NCBI GenBank assembly: GCA_964234715.1
Contig: OZ174279.1
Strand: one strand, 5' to 3'
Length of the DNA: 64,000 nucleotides
From: Podarcis melisellensis
Taxonomy: Eukaryota
The translations under genes and the position numbers were made by a program. The notes under the pieces are model-generated. The model was not told the DNA's origin, ran no database searches, and was given only the letters and a program-made list of their open reading frames with translations. The first letter of the stretch is position 1; every line of letters starts with the position of its first letter. Positions 11,450 through 24,848 of this stretch are shown here, in pieces.

Positions 11450-11568
11450 CATGGGCATAGCCAGAGGGGGCAGGGGGCCGCTGCCCCCAAATAAAAAAAA
11501 ATCAAAACAAATCTGAGGTTCTGCCCCCACCCTAACAAAAGCCCCCCAAAATCCTGGCTATGCCCCTG
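11450..11568. mobile_element. hAT-type MITE
   Basis: TIRs CATGGGCATAGCCAG / CTGGCTATGCCCCTG; perfect 8-bp TSD GTTGTGCA at 11442-11449 and 11569-11576. Confidence 0.85.
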
Positions 11569-13114
11569 GTTGTGCACTGGTTTCATACTGAGGAATAACT
11601 GATTTCCACATCTGGATACTGTGCCTGCTTAGTGTTTTCACAGTTCCTGGGTTTGAATAGTGAAAAGGGTGGTGTCAGCCTTGAGACATCCCTCCCTCTA
11701 ATCTGTGAGGAATTATACCTCTTCTAACATCTCCCTGCTTCTTCAGAAGAGTAGAGCTCAGCCTGAACTGAAGCTAAAAGACAGTGGAGGAAACTATGCC
11801 TCTCTCCATGGTACTGAACAAGATGCATTGCAACCAATCTACCGTTAGCTAGTGGAGCCAGTAAGAAAATATGGTATGCTTCTGTTCAGGGTGCCAGCCA
11901 GACATTGGCTCTTCCAGGATAGTCCATTACTTTTGTTACTCCTCCTCGCTTTTCCCTCTTGTACAGTCATCATTCCTTGGCAACTGAAAATGCTCTGTCA
12001 TCATTGGGCTGTTGGGAGGAAATTTTAGGAATATTTTGTCTATAAGTTTCTTGTGTATGGGAGGTACTGTTTTGGCTATATAAAGGATACACACATTCTA
12101 AGTTAAGCTTGCACTGCTCCCCCTTTAACATAGTGCAAACTGAAGCTGTATTACATTAAAAGAGGAATTATAGGATTGCATTTTATGTAGGTGAATCTGT
12201 TGATTAGTTTTAAAGGCATACATATCAACAGCTAGGGCTTAAAGTAGGGCTGAAAATTGTGATGATTAAAAAAATCCCCCCAATTATTTGGCAATCTTCT
12301 GTAATACATGCATACATCATTTAAACGGGGAAAGCTTTCTTCATAAGAAAGACTGCCATATTAATAAGCAAATTTAACGAGTTAATAACTTACAAGTCCT
12401 ATGATTAATCAACTAAGATTTTTATAATCAAATGGCGGCCCTAGTTAGCAACTGTACAGGTGTAGCAGGAGCATTTACTTGGCCAAGATTCTGAATGCGA
12501 ATTTGTTAGCGGAAATGTGCAACTTAAGCAATGCAGAAAAACAGCCTCTGATTCAATCAGAGATACAGAATCATTGCTGCAAATACTTGACACTGAGCTT
12601 TTGGTATATGTGAAATAAAGGTGTCCTTTATACATTGCTGGTGTGAACCTTTTCCCTTAAGCAGATCCCAAATGGCTGGGGTCTTCATCTGAGTTTACAA
12701 ATTTGGGGCACTGTAGCTGTAAGGGTAGCTATCGCTGATCATCACCCACTTCTCCTCCAGCAGTGTATGCTTGTGGAGGGGGTGGGGGAGAATCCAGAGA
12801 AAGTCCTCCAAGGATAAATAATAATATTTGAATAGCTTCATATAGGAGAGGGTTGTGTCTGTGTTCCGGAACACTGAGAGAAATCCCATCCAGTTTTCCA
12901 CATAGGACTTCATGGTGGTTGTACCCAGAAAGCTGTCATGCAGGCTTATACATGTTTTAATGGTAGACCTGAATTTGCATGTTGTTTTGTGCAAATGCAT
13001 GTTTATAAAATATTGCTGATTTTGCCACAGTTCCATTCTAAGAGGAAAAGAAGCTGCTCAGCAACATCTTTGGCTTTAAAATATCAGTTTTATATCTGTC
13101 CATCTGAATTACAG

Positions 13115-13239
13115 GACACTGTCAATCAGCTGGAGAGTGATCTGAGAGACACAAAAAGTGAAATGGCTCGGCATCTGAGAGAATACCAAGATTTGCTGAA
13201 TGTCAAAATGGCCCTGGATATAGAGATAGCAGCATACAG
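13115..13239 (+). CDS. INA: Alpha-internexin exon 2
   Basis: [42 protein letters not shown]; ACAG| acceptor, AG|GTAACA donor; 125 nt. Confidence 0.95.
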
Positions 13240-13540
13240 GTAACAGTGACTATCAAAGCCCTGCTTGCCTGTTGGTTATGTAAACAGCATAGCACCAAAA
13301 TAGGCTGTGATGAAATCCAACCCTATCCTAGTGGCTGGTGGGAGTCAATTTAGCGCTGCTCACTAGGAAGCTTTACCACCATTTTGCATTGATGGTAATG
13401 CAATGCATTGAGAGTAGATAAAGTACAGTAAAACTAGGTGTTTTCAGTATACATTTTATAAATTAACATATTCTAGTTCATATAGTGACACCTAGAATAA
13501 CAATGAAATTTTTTGTGGGATAAGCTTTTATAGCTTATAC

Positions 13541-13733
13541 GAAAGGTGAGGCACCCGTGGCCGCTTAGATGTTGGTTCCAATTCCCATCAGCCCCAGCCA
13601 GCATGGCTTATAGTCCAGCAATACCTGGAGGGCCATAGGTTCTCCACCTGTGGCTTATATCATAATACATTTGCTGGTCTTTAAACAGCTATAAGACTCT
13701 GTCTGCTGCAACAACAAAAAAAACCCCTCTGGA
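13541..13733. mobile_element. Palindromic hAT MITE (13541-13652) inserted into an old PLE-like pLTR relic
   Basis: 8-bp TSD GCTTATAC/GCTTATAT at 13533-13540 and 13653-13660; the downstream flank loosely resembles the pLTR sequence that follows the hammerhead in the young copies. Confidence 0.5.
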
Positions 13734-13959
13734 AGATGTGGTTGTAAGTAACAGGGTATAGTTTATGCTCTTAAAAGCTGCTGTGACTTTACAGAATCCC
13801 TTAAGTAGAGGAAATAGCATATGTACAGATGCTACAGCCTCTGACACCTCTCATTTGATCATGCCTGACAGTAGGTCTTTTACCCAACTCCACCCTGCAC
13901 CTATGAGTTGTATTCTTCATGACTGCCACTAAATTTGGCAGCAGCTGCAGTTTATAAAT

Positions 13960-14430
13960 TGCCTTTCAAAGGCAGCCCCACATATAATGCACTACAGTAA
14001 TCTAACCTAGAGGTTACCAAAGTGTGGGCAGCATATGTACAGATAGGAGCATAGCTGGGCCACCTACTTAAGCTGATGGAAGGCATTCTACATCACTGAG
14101 GTCACCTGAACTTCAAGCACCAGTGATGGATCCCAAGTTATGTACCTGCTCCTTCAGAGTGAGTGTAACCCCATTAAGAGCAGGCCAGCTCTAATTCATC
14201 CAGTCTAGGGAACCACGCACTAACAGTTCCTCAGTTTTATCTGGATTGAGCTTCAATTGAGCGTCCATTATTGAAGCAAGACATTCGTCCAGTACATCTA
14301 CTGCCACACTTGTAGATGTCAATGAGAAGTAAAGCTCTGTGTCATCAGAATATTCCTGACTACGTGCTCAAGATTCTAGGTGACCCTACTTAGCGATTTC
14401 ATACAGATGTTAAACAACATAGGGGATTTT
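13960..14430 (-). mobile_element. L2-like LINE RT fragment
   Basis: Minus strand gives a degenerate YADD region (EYSDDTELYFS, ~14320-14360) and LKLNPDKT. Confidence 0.65.
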
Positions 14431-14623
14431 TAAAAATCTGCAAATATTTTCAAATTCCTGTGGGTCTTTGGGGCATGAAAAAATGCTTGGTTACTCACCC
14501 CTCTTTTAGTCTTCTGCTTTTAACCAACATAAGGACTAGAAATGGTCCCACCTCTTCATAAATGTGCTTAATCCTGGATTGAACCCCAAATAATAATAAT
14601 CTCTCCTTCTCTGGTGTTTACAG

Positions 14624-14936
14624 GAAACTGCTGGAGGGTGAGGAGACACGTTTTAGCACTTCAAGCATCAGCATTTCATCAATGAATCCCCCTTCCAACC
14701 CCACTTACTCCTTCCAACCCAGGTTCTTCAGTTCCTCTATGGCCAGCAGTTCCAAAATATCCCCCACTTTCTCTTTTAAGAAAGAGGAGAAAGAAGAGGC
14801 TAAATTGGCTTCAAAAATCTCATCAAGCCAAGTAGGGGAAGCCTTTGCTGAAATGATTGAGGAGACCATAACATCCACTAAGAAAACTGAACGAACAAAT
14901 CTGGAAGAGGGGGGTGCTGCAAACCAAAAAGTGTAA
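14624..14936 (+). CDS. INA: Alpha-internexin exon 3
   Basis: (R)KLLEGEETRFSTSSISIS...EMIEETITSTKKTE...QKV*; acceptor TTTACAG|, phase matches exon 2. Confidence 0.93.
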
Positions 14937-17900
14937 CCTTTCACCTTAAGTACAATGAACCTTTAAGGAGGGAACAATATAGCTTAGACCTTTAAATTGC
15001 CTATGCCTGAATTAAGGTGCTTACCAGCTCATGTACACATAAAGTTCTAATGTTTCACATCACTAGACTAGTTTAGTAAGAGCACCACATCCAGAATCAC
15101 TAGGAGAAAAGAAAGGGGAGGGGGCTCAAAGTTTGATTATTTTCCGGGGGCGGGGAGGGACTCTATAGGAAAACTAGTTGGCAAACTGCAGAGTTATGTA
15201 ATAGCCAGATCTCACAATTTCTAAATTAAGCAAAGAGGGAAGTCTCAGAAGTGCAGCTAGTAGAAAAAGTTAAAAGTTACACATTATAGTTAATGACTCA
15301 GGGCTCCTTCATGATGTCTGACTTAATTGCTGAACCTGCTATTCAGAATCAGTTGAAAAGTGAACCTCCTTCACAGGTAAGATACAAAATATCCAGCAAT
15401 TGCACCTTGTCGATTAATCTTCGTTACCCGCCTCTTGAAGGCAAGTAATTAGATGATTTATTCTGTTTCCAGTTCTTCTGGACCACAGGGGTAGAGAAAA
15501 CAGGGCATTTTGTTTGCCTTGCTGTGTGGTTGGTGTACTCTAGAAAGAAGCACAATGCATTCAAAAATACTAGGTGGAAGCTACTGACATTTATAAGGTG
15601 CAAATGTCTTTAGGAAGATAAATACTAAGCCACAAAATAACTGTGGACCAACTTTCTGTACCAATGCACATGGGAGCTCTCTGTCATATGATAGCACATA
15701 GTGAAGATGCACTTAAATATATCTTTGTTATCTCACTAGCTAAACCTGGTGCATTCTTCCTTTTTTAAAAAACCTACATGATAATTCTTTTGGAGTATTA
15801 GAGCCCTGTTTTTCTGTTAGAAGCATGGACAGACATTTCTGTGATTACATTGTGAACCATTGTGCTGTCCATTTCACTTTGTGCCATATTTGTAGATTTA
15901 AAATAGTAATTGCTTACAATCAGTAGTGCCAGCAATTTAAGAATAAAGGAAACAGGTGTGTTGTAATCAGTTCCTAGATTTTAGCTTTAGCCGTGTATGA
16001 AAATAAGGCTAAAAGAAAAAGGATCCACTCTCTTGAGTCTTCTAGAGCACAGATTCCTAACGTCGTTTCAAAAGCTTAGATATCTGCTGTTTCCTATCGC
16101 CACAATCGGCAACTCAAAACCATGGATATCCTGGCTTTTGATTCACCATTAGAAAAGGAGTGTAGAATTATGCCAGCTGCTTATTTCTCTATTATGGAAA
16201 GCAATATGGATTCTATGTGCTGTATTAGAGACAAAGTTTCTTAATAACATACTATTAAGGTATTTTTTCTTAATGTATTTTCTTAAATGTACTCACTGCC
16301 ACATGATAACCACACCAGTGAATTGTAGTGGTTCTTCTGACTTTTCTCTAATAGACTTAGAGGAGCATATTTGTTAGCCTTGCCAGCCAGACTTGGAAAT
16401 GATGCAGCTACACACATACACAGAATCACTTCTGCTTGGTAAAATGGTGCTGTAGATTGATTAATGAAATTCTGACCATTTCAAGACACTGGCAGACTAA
16501 ATTCACATGTTTGCAAACAAGTAGAGTCACAGGGAGGAAAGATTCACACCTACTATTTTCTCAAAAAGGAATCCTGATGATAGAATCCAATCCTCCATCT
16601 GGATTTGCTAACCTTCAGTGTACCTTTTCAGTCTACCATTTGAATATGTGCCAAGTTTTATATAGAACTTACTAGTGTGGATTTTCTTTCAATGCCTTAA
16701 AATTGCCAGCAGAATTTGCTTTCTGCAGAAGCTGAAGATTATGTTATTGTGATGTGTTTGCATTAATGCATCCTGCCACAAGGTTTGAGCACACAAAACC
16801 ATCATGTCCTATCAGTTTCACTGCAATAGTTTCCTGAACTAAAAGAAACTGTTTTGCTCACATTCTTTCCTCCTCTTCTGTAAGGCACAAATAAATAAAG
16901 ATGACATGTCTTGAGGCAGCCTGTTTGTCCTTGGTGATATTCTGACTTCAAACTTTTCTGAGTTATAATCTCTTTCCAAATCAATTACCGCACATTCAGA
17001 CAAATCAGTGTTTGATGTTTGGGCAATGTCTAGAGCTGGGTGGCCCAACTTTTCATCCAAAGTGGGTTGCAAGAGGACTTCAACACGGAACCCACAGGCT
17101 GCACACTGCCTTGTGGGAAGGGGAGTGTGAATATTTGACACACACACTCTCAGCCCTTGGGCTGCCTTCCCAGTTAAGCTAGTGAAGCATTTGGCTTTGG
17201 GAAGGAGGTGTGAGGCTCTGGCAGAGTCCTAGAGCCCTCCCCACCTCCTTCCCAAAGCTGGGAAAGCACTAACTTGGGTTTAGGAAAGAGGCACAAGGAC
17301 TCAAGGTCCCTGACAGAGCCCTCATGCCTTCCTCCCAAAGCCCAGCACCTGGCTTACCAGCTTTGGGAAGGTAGACAAGGGCTGCGGGAGAGCATCAAAT
17401 GTTGTGGAGGGCCACCAAAAAGGGACTAATAAGCATGGTTCATTCTCATTATTCCTACAGCTTTGGTCAGTTTTTAACATCCCTTCCCAGTAAGATCTTC
17501 TTAAACTGGACCGTTATTGCCCAACAAGAAAGGAAAGACTGGCTCTAGTAAGTGCTGGGTTGCTCACTGCAAATGGCTCGCAAGTACCATGAATGTGGGT
17601 ACCACAGAGCAAATGCATCTCACCAGCTAATACAATCTTCAGTGGATGACATTCATTCTGACACAATGATGGGACAGCCCAAAGGAATAGACATCATGCA
17701 ACATTTACCCTAGCAAGGACCTTGCGCTTCTCTAAGCAACTCCTGTCTGAAAGCATAGATTAATTTCTCTGCCTTTTTTTATCCCATATCTGAGAACTTC
17801 TTCTCAGAACAAGCTGGTCCAACGCCTTGCCCAATAAATAACTCCCTTATGAGGAAATGTTACAACATTCGGAGCTTTTCAGTTGAGAAAAACAAAACCT

Positions 17901-20900
17901 AGTAAAGAGAGTATATGATGGAGGTCTATACTATTATGCAGGTGTGGGAAAGGATAAGAGCAGGCATGGCCAAACTTGGCCCTCCAGCTGTTTTCGGACT
18001 ACAGTTCCCATCATCCTTGACCACTGGTCCTTGTCCACAACTCTGTGTGCATTTTTAATGGCAAATATAAGAATAAATTCCAAAATCTATATCAAAGCAA
18101 CACTTTTATTAAGGCGATCAAAGTGGCATGTAAGCTTTGAAGTCTCCCAGAACCTGCATGCTATTTCATGACATTTGGGTTGGCTTAATATGATCTTTGG
18201 AAGTTTCCTTATGAGCAAACATGGCGACAATTACTCTGTGTGTGTATCAAAAATAAATGTTCACTATGTATACAGCAAGGATCCAATTTGATTGGTGCAT
18301 GCCTGCTGATGACAGTCTAGCTGTGCTGCAGTGAAGAGGTAGAGAAAGAGGCATGGCTTACCACTGTGCAAGCAATGCTTTGTAAGAGTGTTCTTGTTTT
18401 GGAACAAAGAGGGGTAGTTTAAGCCCTTAAGAAAGGGTACTGAAGCCATTAATAAGAGCTTTCTTTATAAAGTCACGATCTGCTGTAAAACGCTACATAC
18501 TTACCCTTCCTTTCCTATGGAAACCAAGAAAAATAATCACAAAACAAATACTATAGGGTCATTGTCATCTCCCCGAAGCTATTCAAGATGAGACCCACTA
18601 ATTAATGGGAAATTCATCAAGCTGAACAATGGGTCATTTTATGTGTTCAAGCAACATGTGAAGTACTGAGCATTTCTGGAAGTCATAGAACTGCAATCAA
18701 AAACTGTTTTAAGTGAGTTTGGAACTGCCTATGTTATATGGTGAAAAGTGAAGCTTGGAGAAGCATCATATTCTTGGTGCTGTGCTTGAAGGAGCTGGCA
18801 TCTGTACTGGCATCTGTAGTCTTGGGACAGACGTTGCCTTTATTACTATGTTCATAGAATCTACTGAGGCAGGAAAACTCAGAACCCTTCAAAGCCCTAC
18901 AGCTGTCAGACGCTATGATACACAGCAACTATAAGATGCAGTTATACATGGCTATAATACATAGGAACGACTGAAGGAAACCCGAGTTTAATATCTAAAT
19001 ACAGATTTTATTTTTATGATAAAATATGATTTCCTCCTTTCTTAACTTGTACACTTCAATATTAGTTTGGACTCGTAATTCCTTTCTTTTCATTTCTCAG
19101 TTCATCTTGATTGATTTATTCTTCTCTGCTCTCTTTCCCTGTATACGAAACACTCTAAAGAAATCAGTTCAGAGCAGTTACTATGAAAGTGTGATAGAAG
19201 GCAGTTACACTTCAGAGGACAACAGGGAGCAGAATAAAAGCGAGATTTTACATCTAGTTTACAACATTCTGAATGTTCATAGTCCCATGCAATTTCACTC
19301 AGAGTGAATTTTGGAGTCATTCTTTGAACCCAAGTTCACTCAAAGCACACTTAAGCAGCCTAAATACACAATTCTTTTCCACTTAGTGTGTTATTCCAAT
19401 TTGAAGGAAAAATGCCTGTTCACCAAAATAATCAAATGCCAAAATATACTGCACCTGTGTTCTTTGTAATATTTTATGATCAAAGGATAAACTAACCAAT
19501 TACAGCTAGAACATGCTTCCTTCACCAGTGGTATGTCTTGATGATTTTGAAATTGTACACACATTGGGTTGAGCTAGAATTTCATATCATCTCACCAGCT
19601 CAGCAGCAACTTATTCAAACCAGCTTCAAATTACAACTAGAACAATGAATTAATCCAGTTCACCTAAAGTATCATTCCATAAACAAAGACCTACACTATA
19701 TAACAAACTATTAAATCTGGGGTCCCAGGATGGCACTGCCCTTGCCGTCCACCAGTCCCCTGGTCAATTTTTTAAATGAATTGTATCGGTGTATTTGTGT
19801 CAGCTGTTTGGTTGCAGGGGTTTGCCTTTGGGCAGGGGGTTGTTGTTGCCTGCTTTTTGTGTTTTGACTGGTGTGTTTGTGTGATTTGCCTGGTTTTGGA
19901 GTGGGAGTTCTGAGCAGTGTCAGTTTCTCTTCTGTGAAAGCAGTATTGTGTGGTGTCCACAAGTTTCTTAGATTTCCAGATGTGTTCCTTAGCCTAACAA
20001 AAGTTGGGGCCCCTAAATTAATCTAATGCATCAATTAAAAAGTATTTACGTGCACATAAATTCTAGCTGACAGAAGATGTGTCAGAACACAATACCTAAG
20101 CAGAAGTGGTAAAATGTTGTATTGTGGGGTAACGTGTTAACACTTCAAGGAAAATGTGCAGGAGGCAAAATATCATCACCATCTTGGTATGTCTGGGAAG
20201 TGCAGCTGACAAAAGGTTTAGGAAGATGATAGGAGTAGCAGGCAGTCTTCACAAACTCACTAGAATCAACGGGAATATAAAGGAAGAGATCCTGATAGGA
20301 GGAAAGACATAGCTAATTTCCCAACCCACATAGATATGCAAAATAATTAGCTTATTACCCAAATGGCACAAATTTATAACGGTTTGCTCAGTCGTATTCT
20401 GAAGGATTGGGCCTGTGTTTTGCAAAAGGCAGCACTTGTTGAACAGTGGTGGTTAGGTAATTTTAGACTCTGTCCTTAATGGGCTTTTACTTCAACATGT
20501 GGTAAGCCATCCCTCTTGTTCATTTTGCCAAGTGGGTCCTGGACGTCTGCCCAGAATCCTGGTACCACTGTTTAGCTAGCAGATGCTGAAAAGTCTCCTG
20601 ACTTAATCTTTCCTAGCATGGGTCAAGGCTGTATCAGAGGCACGCTGCCACAAGCAAGGATGTTAATATTCATTTTCCTAGAATGTAAAAGCTTAGTTGG
20701 GTGCCAAGAGATTTATTTACTTGGTAACTACAGTTTACTTTGAGGCTTCAGCCACAGATTCTGCGGAACAAAGTGTTCCTTTTGGGAGCAACACTCTAGA
20801 AAGGGACACATTCCTAGTACAGCGGTTTGTACTTCCCTTAAAGCCTTTATTTTTGTTGGCCAAGGCTCCCATTATTTTCAGGAGCTTGAGCTAATGGTTA

Positions 20901-23099
20901 ACAAAAACTGCACACATTGGATTGTGCTCTCATTGGGCACAAAGTCTCAAGGCAAGTTACTTTTTCCTGTGTATGAATGCTCCTTAACACTTTTGCTCAA
21001 ATAAATCAAGAATTGACAATGCTTGGATTCAAGGTTACACAGAACATCCACACATCCCAACCCCAAGAAGACCCTGTACACATAGTAGAGTAAATCTGGT
21101 ACAGTTCACTTGCAAAGTATTTCTGGAAATTGCATATGCATACATAGACAAAAGAGCTTTAAGATTACAGTCTAAGGTAATTATAGCTAGGGCATTCTCA
21201 CACCACCTCATAATTTTCTTGGCCCGAGAATCAAGTGACATTGAAGAGCCAATATAAAAAGACTCTCACATCTGCAGCCTCCCCTTAACATGGACAGTTT
21301 ATTTCTGAACAAAAACATGTGATTCTGCCTCTCTGCCACCAGACAACCAGCCTTAAAACAGTCTGACACAGGGTATGCTCAGCTGTCCTCAAGCCTGAGG
21401 GCCTCATGCATTACAATTTAGTCTTGAAAGAAATGTGAAAGAGAACTTTGGTTTCTTGACCATATATGAATGAAGTTTCATTCTACAATAAAAGAGAGTA
21501 GGAATTCAGGTGTTACCAATTTGTTTATTTTAAAATATTTTTAGCCTGCCCTTCATTACAAAGCAACCCCAGGTCAGGATACAACAGTTAATTAAAACCA
21601 CAATTAAAAACACAGATCATAAAACAGGAAGAACTACTATATCAGTGATAAACAAACTCAAAACTTAGCAGGGGCTATTAACATGCTACAAAGGCTCTTA
21701 CATCTGCCATAATGATTATACCACTGTATGGTATACTCACATTGGAGGTAGCAGTATCAAATAGACAGAAACAGTTGGAAAGCACTAGAAAATTTCATTG
21801 CATTGTTGATTTGGGTGGGGGAATTGTTTCACTATTTATTTTCCAGAAATAAATAAATACTGGTGTAAAGCTTTAGCAGCACTGGTACTTACAAAGGTGT
21901 ACCCAGGGCCCCTTGTGTCTCTGGCAAGGAGCTCTATCAGTGCCCCCACTCACCCCCCCCCATCACTTTACCATAATAGCCACATTAGAAATTATGACAT
22001 TTTATGGGACCCAATTACTTGAAGCATCCAGAATGAAGGCGAGGCAGAAGGATGAAAAGAAATACACTGGTTACCCATTTGTTTCCAGGTTCATGTTACA
22101 GCCCAGAGCAGCTGTTTCTAGGTTCAATTTAAAGCCCTTTTGGAGAAGCCGTGTTGATTCTCTCTCAGCAAGACATGTTCTTCTATGTTGCATAATAATA
22201 GCTCTAATATATTTAAGGCAATGGCCTTTCCTCTTAAACCCTTTTACAAATCAATGTTTCATTGATTTTTGTCAGATGAGTTTTAAACAAATTTAATATT
22301 TTTTGTTAGAAAATATTCAATTGGACCCAGTGATTTGTAGATAGTTCTACAACTTCAGTTTTCATCACTTCTATTTAGCTTTGTTTTTCAGATACCCTTC
22401 TTGGGGTCAGTGGGGGAATCAGACATAGCACCTGCCCATCATCTTCCACACTGAAGTTCAAAGCAAATAATAGAATTAATTTCTCTACCTTTCTTTAGTA
22501 ATCATGTCTTAATGTATCTTTGCTATGTAATGATCCAAATATCACCCTGGCTATTTTCCTGTCTCTAATGTACCTTCAGTGTTCTGTTCATTGTTTTGAG
22601 TGGGATTCAACTAACACGTCACACTAATGGAGGCTCCCACAAGTGGCTAGCTAGCAAAACAGGGCTTTTCTGCCTCTTCCACTGCCCCTCCAGCTGGCTC
22701 AGGGGAAGTGTTGGGAGAAACCCCAGAATAGCATGCAGGGGAAAGATAGGGGATATTGTTCTGTCTGGCAAACTGAAATGTTTGTGCTGACAGAACTATT
22801 GCCATAGTGCTTTGCTGAATTTCTTCTTTTAGCAATATGTGCCTCAAATTCTTTTTCACTTGCCTGCTAGTTTTGCTTTTCCAGCATGTTTATTATACTT
22901 CCTCTTTTCTTTTCTTTTTTAGTTTTGGAAGGCTTCTACTTTTTAACACTTTAAATACTTCATCTCTTAACACATTAGACAAAAATATTTACAAAAATAA
23001 TTTTTTGTTCCATTCTGTTGTTTATAGAAAAACTGAACACAAACTGGATATTTTGAATATAAAACAGGTAGATATTTATGAATATCCCTACATCAAAAA

Positions 23100-23105
23100 T
23101 TTATT
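23100..23105 (-). other. Probable PCGF6 polyadenylation signal
   Basis: Minus-strand AATAAA ~1.7 kb past the PCGF6 stop, with T-rich sequence downstream on that strand. Confidence 0.45.
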
Positions 23106-24779
23106 GTAACAAAAGGCATTTTCAAAAGCAAAACCCTTCAATACACATTTGGTCTAAAAACAAGCTTTTCAGGTCACCATAAATGCGCATCTAAGCCTCT
23201 TTAAGATTATGGAGTAGCAGTTCCACAATAGGACAGAATCTTTAAGTGCACAGGTAATGAATTAAGAATTAGCAAAAGAAAATCTGACACCTTCTAAAGA
23301 GGCACGGGAGTTGCATCAGTAATGTGTCTTCCATCTACCCCTCCAATTGCATAAACTTTGTTTGCTGCCTATGTGATAATGGATTAAGCCATTGATCTTC
23401 AACTGGTGGTTTGAGAACCACTATCACAGGGGTGGGGAACTTGTGACCCTCCAGATATTGCTGGATTACAATTCCCACCATCCCTCTCCACTGGCCACAC
23501 GGGTTGGGGCTGATGGGAGTTGGAGTCCAAGGTCATCTAAAGGGCCACGGGTTTCTCACACTTGCACTATTATATCATAGCCTGGTCTATGGGAGGTCAC
23601 AACAGCAGCACTACTAGATAAATTTTTGGTTAAAAACTATGAAATGGATCTCCAGGTGCATGTCTGGGTTAATGGTGGATTCTGGGTCTGCAAAAGTTGA
23701 AGATTAAGCATTGTATAGCAAGGTTTAATGAAATCTTTGTAATAAGACCATTGCTGTGGCTATGTTACAGGAAATGTTAAAAATGAACTTCATTGTGTTG
23801 TTGTTTAACCAGAGCTTTTTTTTATTGTTCACTGGCTGGGAAACACAGGGCATTGTCTCAAGCTCGTATGCATGGAAGGGGGATAGACATAGTCATTTTT
23901 TACAAAGGTGGCAAAACAAAAGCTGGGGGAGGGAGTAGAATATAGTGGAACATCTGCAAGAAGGGGTGCTATGACAGAGGCTGCAAGGGACAAAGGCAAA
24001 CATGGTAGAGACTGCAAGAAGAAGTGGGCTTAAAGGAAAGTAGCAAGGGATAGACTGCCGCCCTTCTGATAGACTTTCATAGAACAAAGTCTGGTTATTG
24101 TCTTCAATAGGAGTATAATCAGTTGCATGATGCCTTCCAAAGGGACCTCAAAGGCAGCCCTGTGCAATCTACTGTCACATCCACGCTGTGTGAGTAGCAT
24201 CGGTATTCTGGTGTTTGGTTAACATGCGCACAATTTCTCTCCAATTTAAACTAATTTATAGGATATTGCATTTTTTAATGCTATTACTCACATAAACCAT
24301 GAGATACAATGCTTGCGGTTTTTTGAAAGGTGATTACCCCCCCTCCCCCCATTTTAGGCACACAACTGAAAGGTTTCCCTTTCCTATTTCTAAACCAAGA
24401 CAATAAACGTCTCTGAGAAGAACACATCTTTTCCAATAAAACACTGCACACTGGAGATAATCCCTGAGAACACCAGTGAAACTGTCTTTCAGATAAATAC
24501 TCGTTTCAAGCTTAAGTCCTGGGAGTCAGCTGGGAGTGCTGCCAATACCCAAACCGCATTTAAGACAAATCCAGTCATATTGACACATTTGCTCTTCCCT
24601 GAACTAGCTAGGTGTTAATGAAATAACAGCACTGCAGTATTTATAGCTGTACTTGCTGTACAGCATTCCTTTTTCAGATTCTAACTTCCTATGCAGAGTG
24701 AAAACTGTGCATTAATGTTCATCATGAACTTCCCAGAATGAGGATCATTTGTTTCTTCAAAGCCCCTCCATGTTGGATT

Positions 24780-24848
24780 TTAACAAATCCTTGAAAGCGT
24801 GGGATCTCTGCTAAGAATCAGCCCATAGTGAAGTACAAGTAAGCCATC
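24780..24848 (-). CDS. PCGF6: PCGF6 exon 10 (last coding)
   Basis: DGLLVLHYGLILSRDPTLSRIC*; acceptor TTTCTAG|. Confidence 0.9.
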   Translation of the reverse strand, partial: DGLLVLHYGLILSRDPTLSRIC

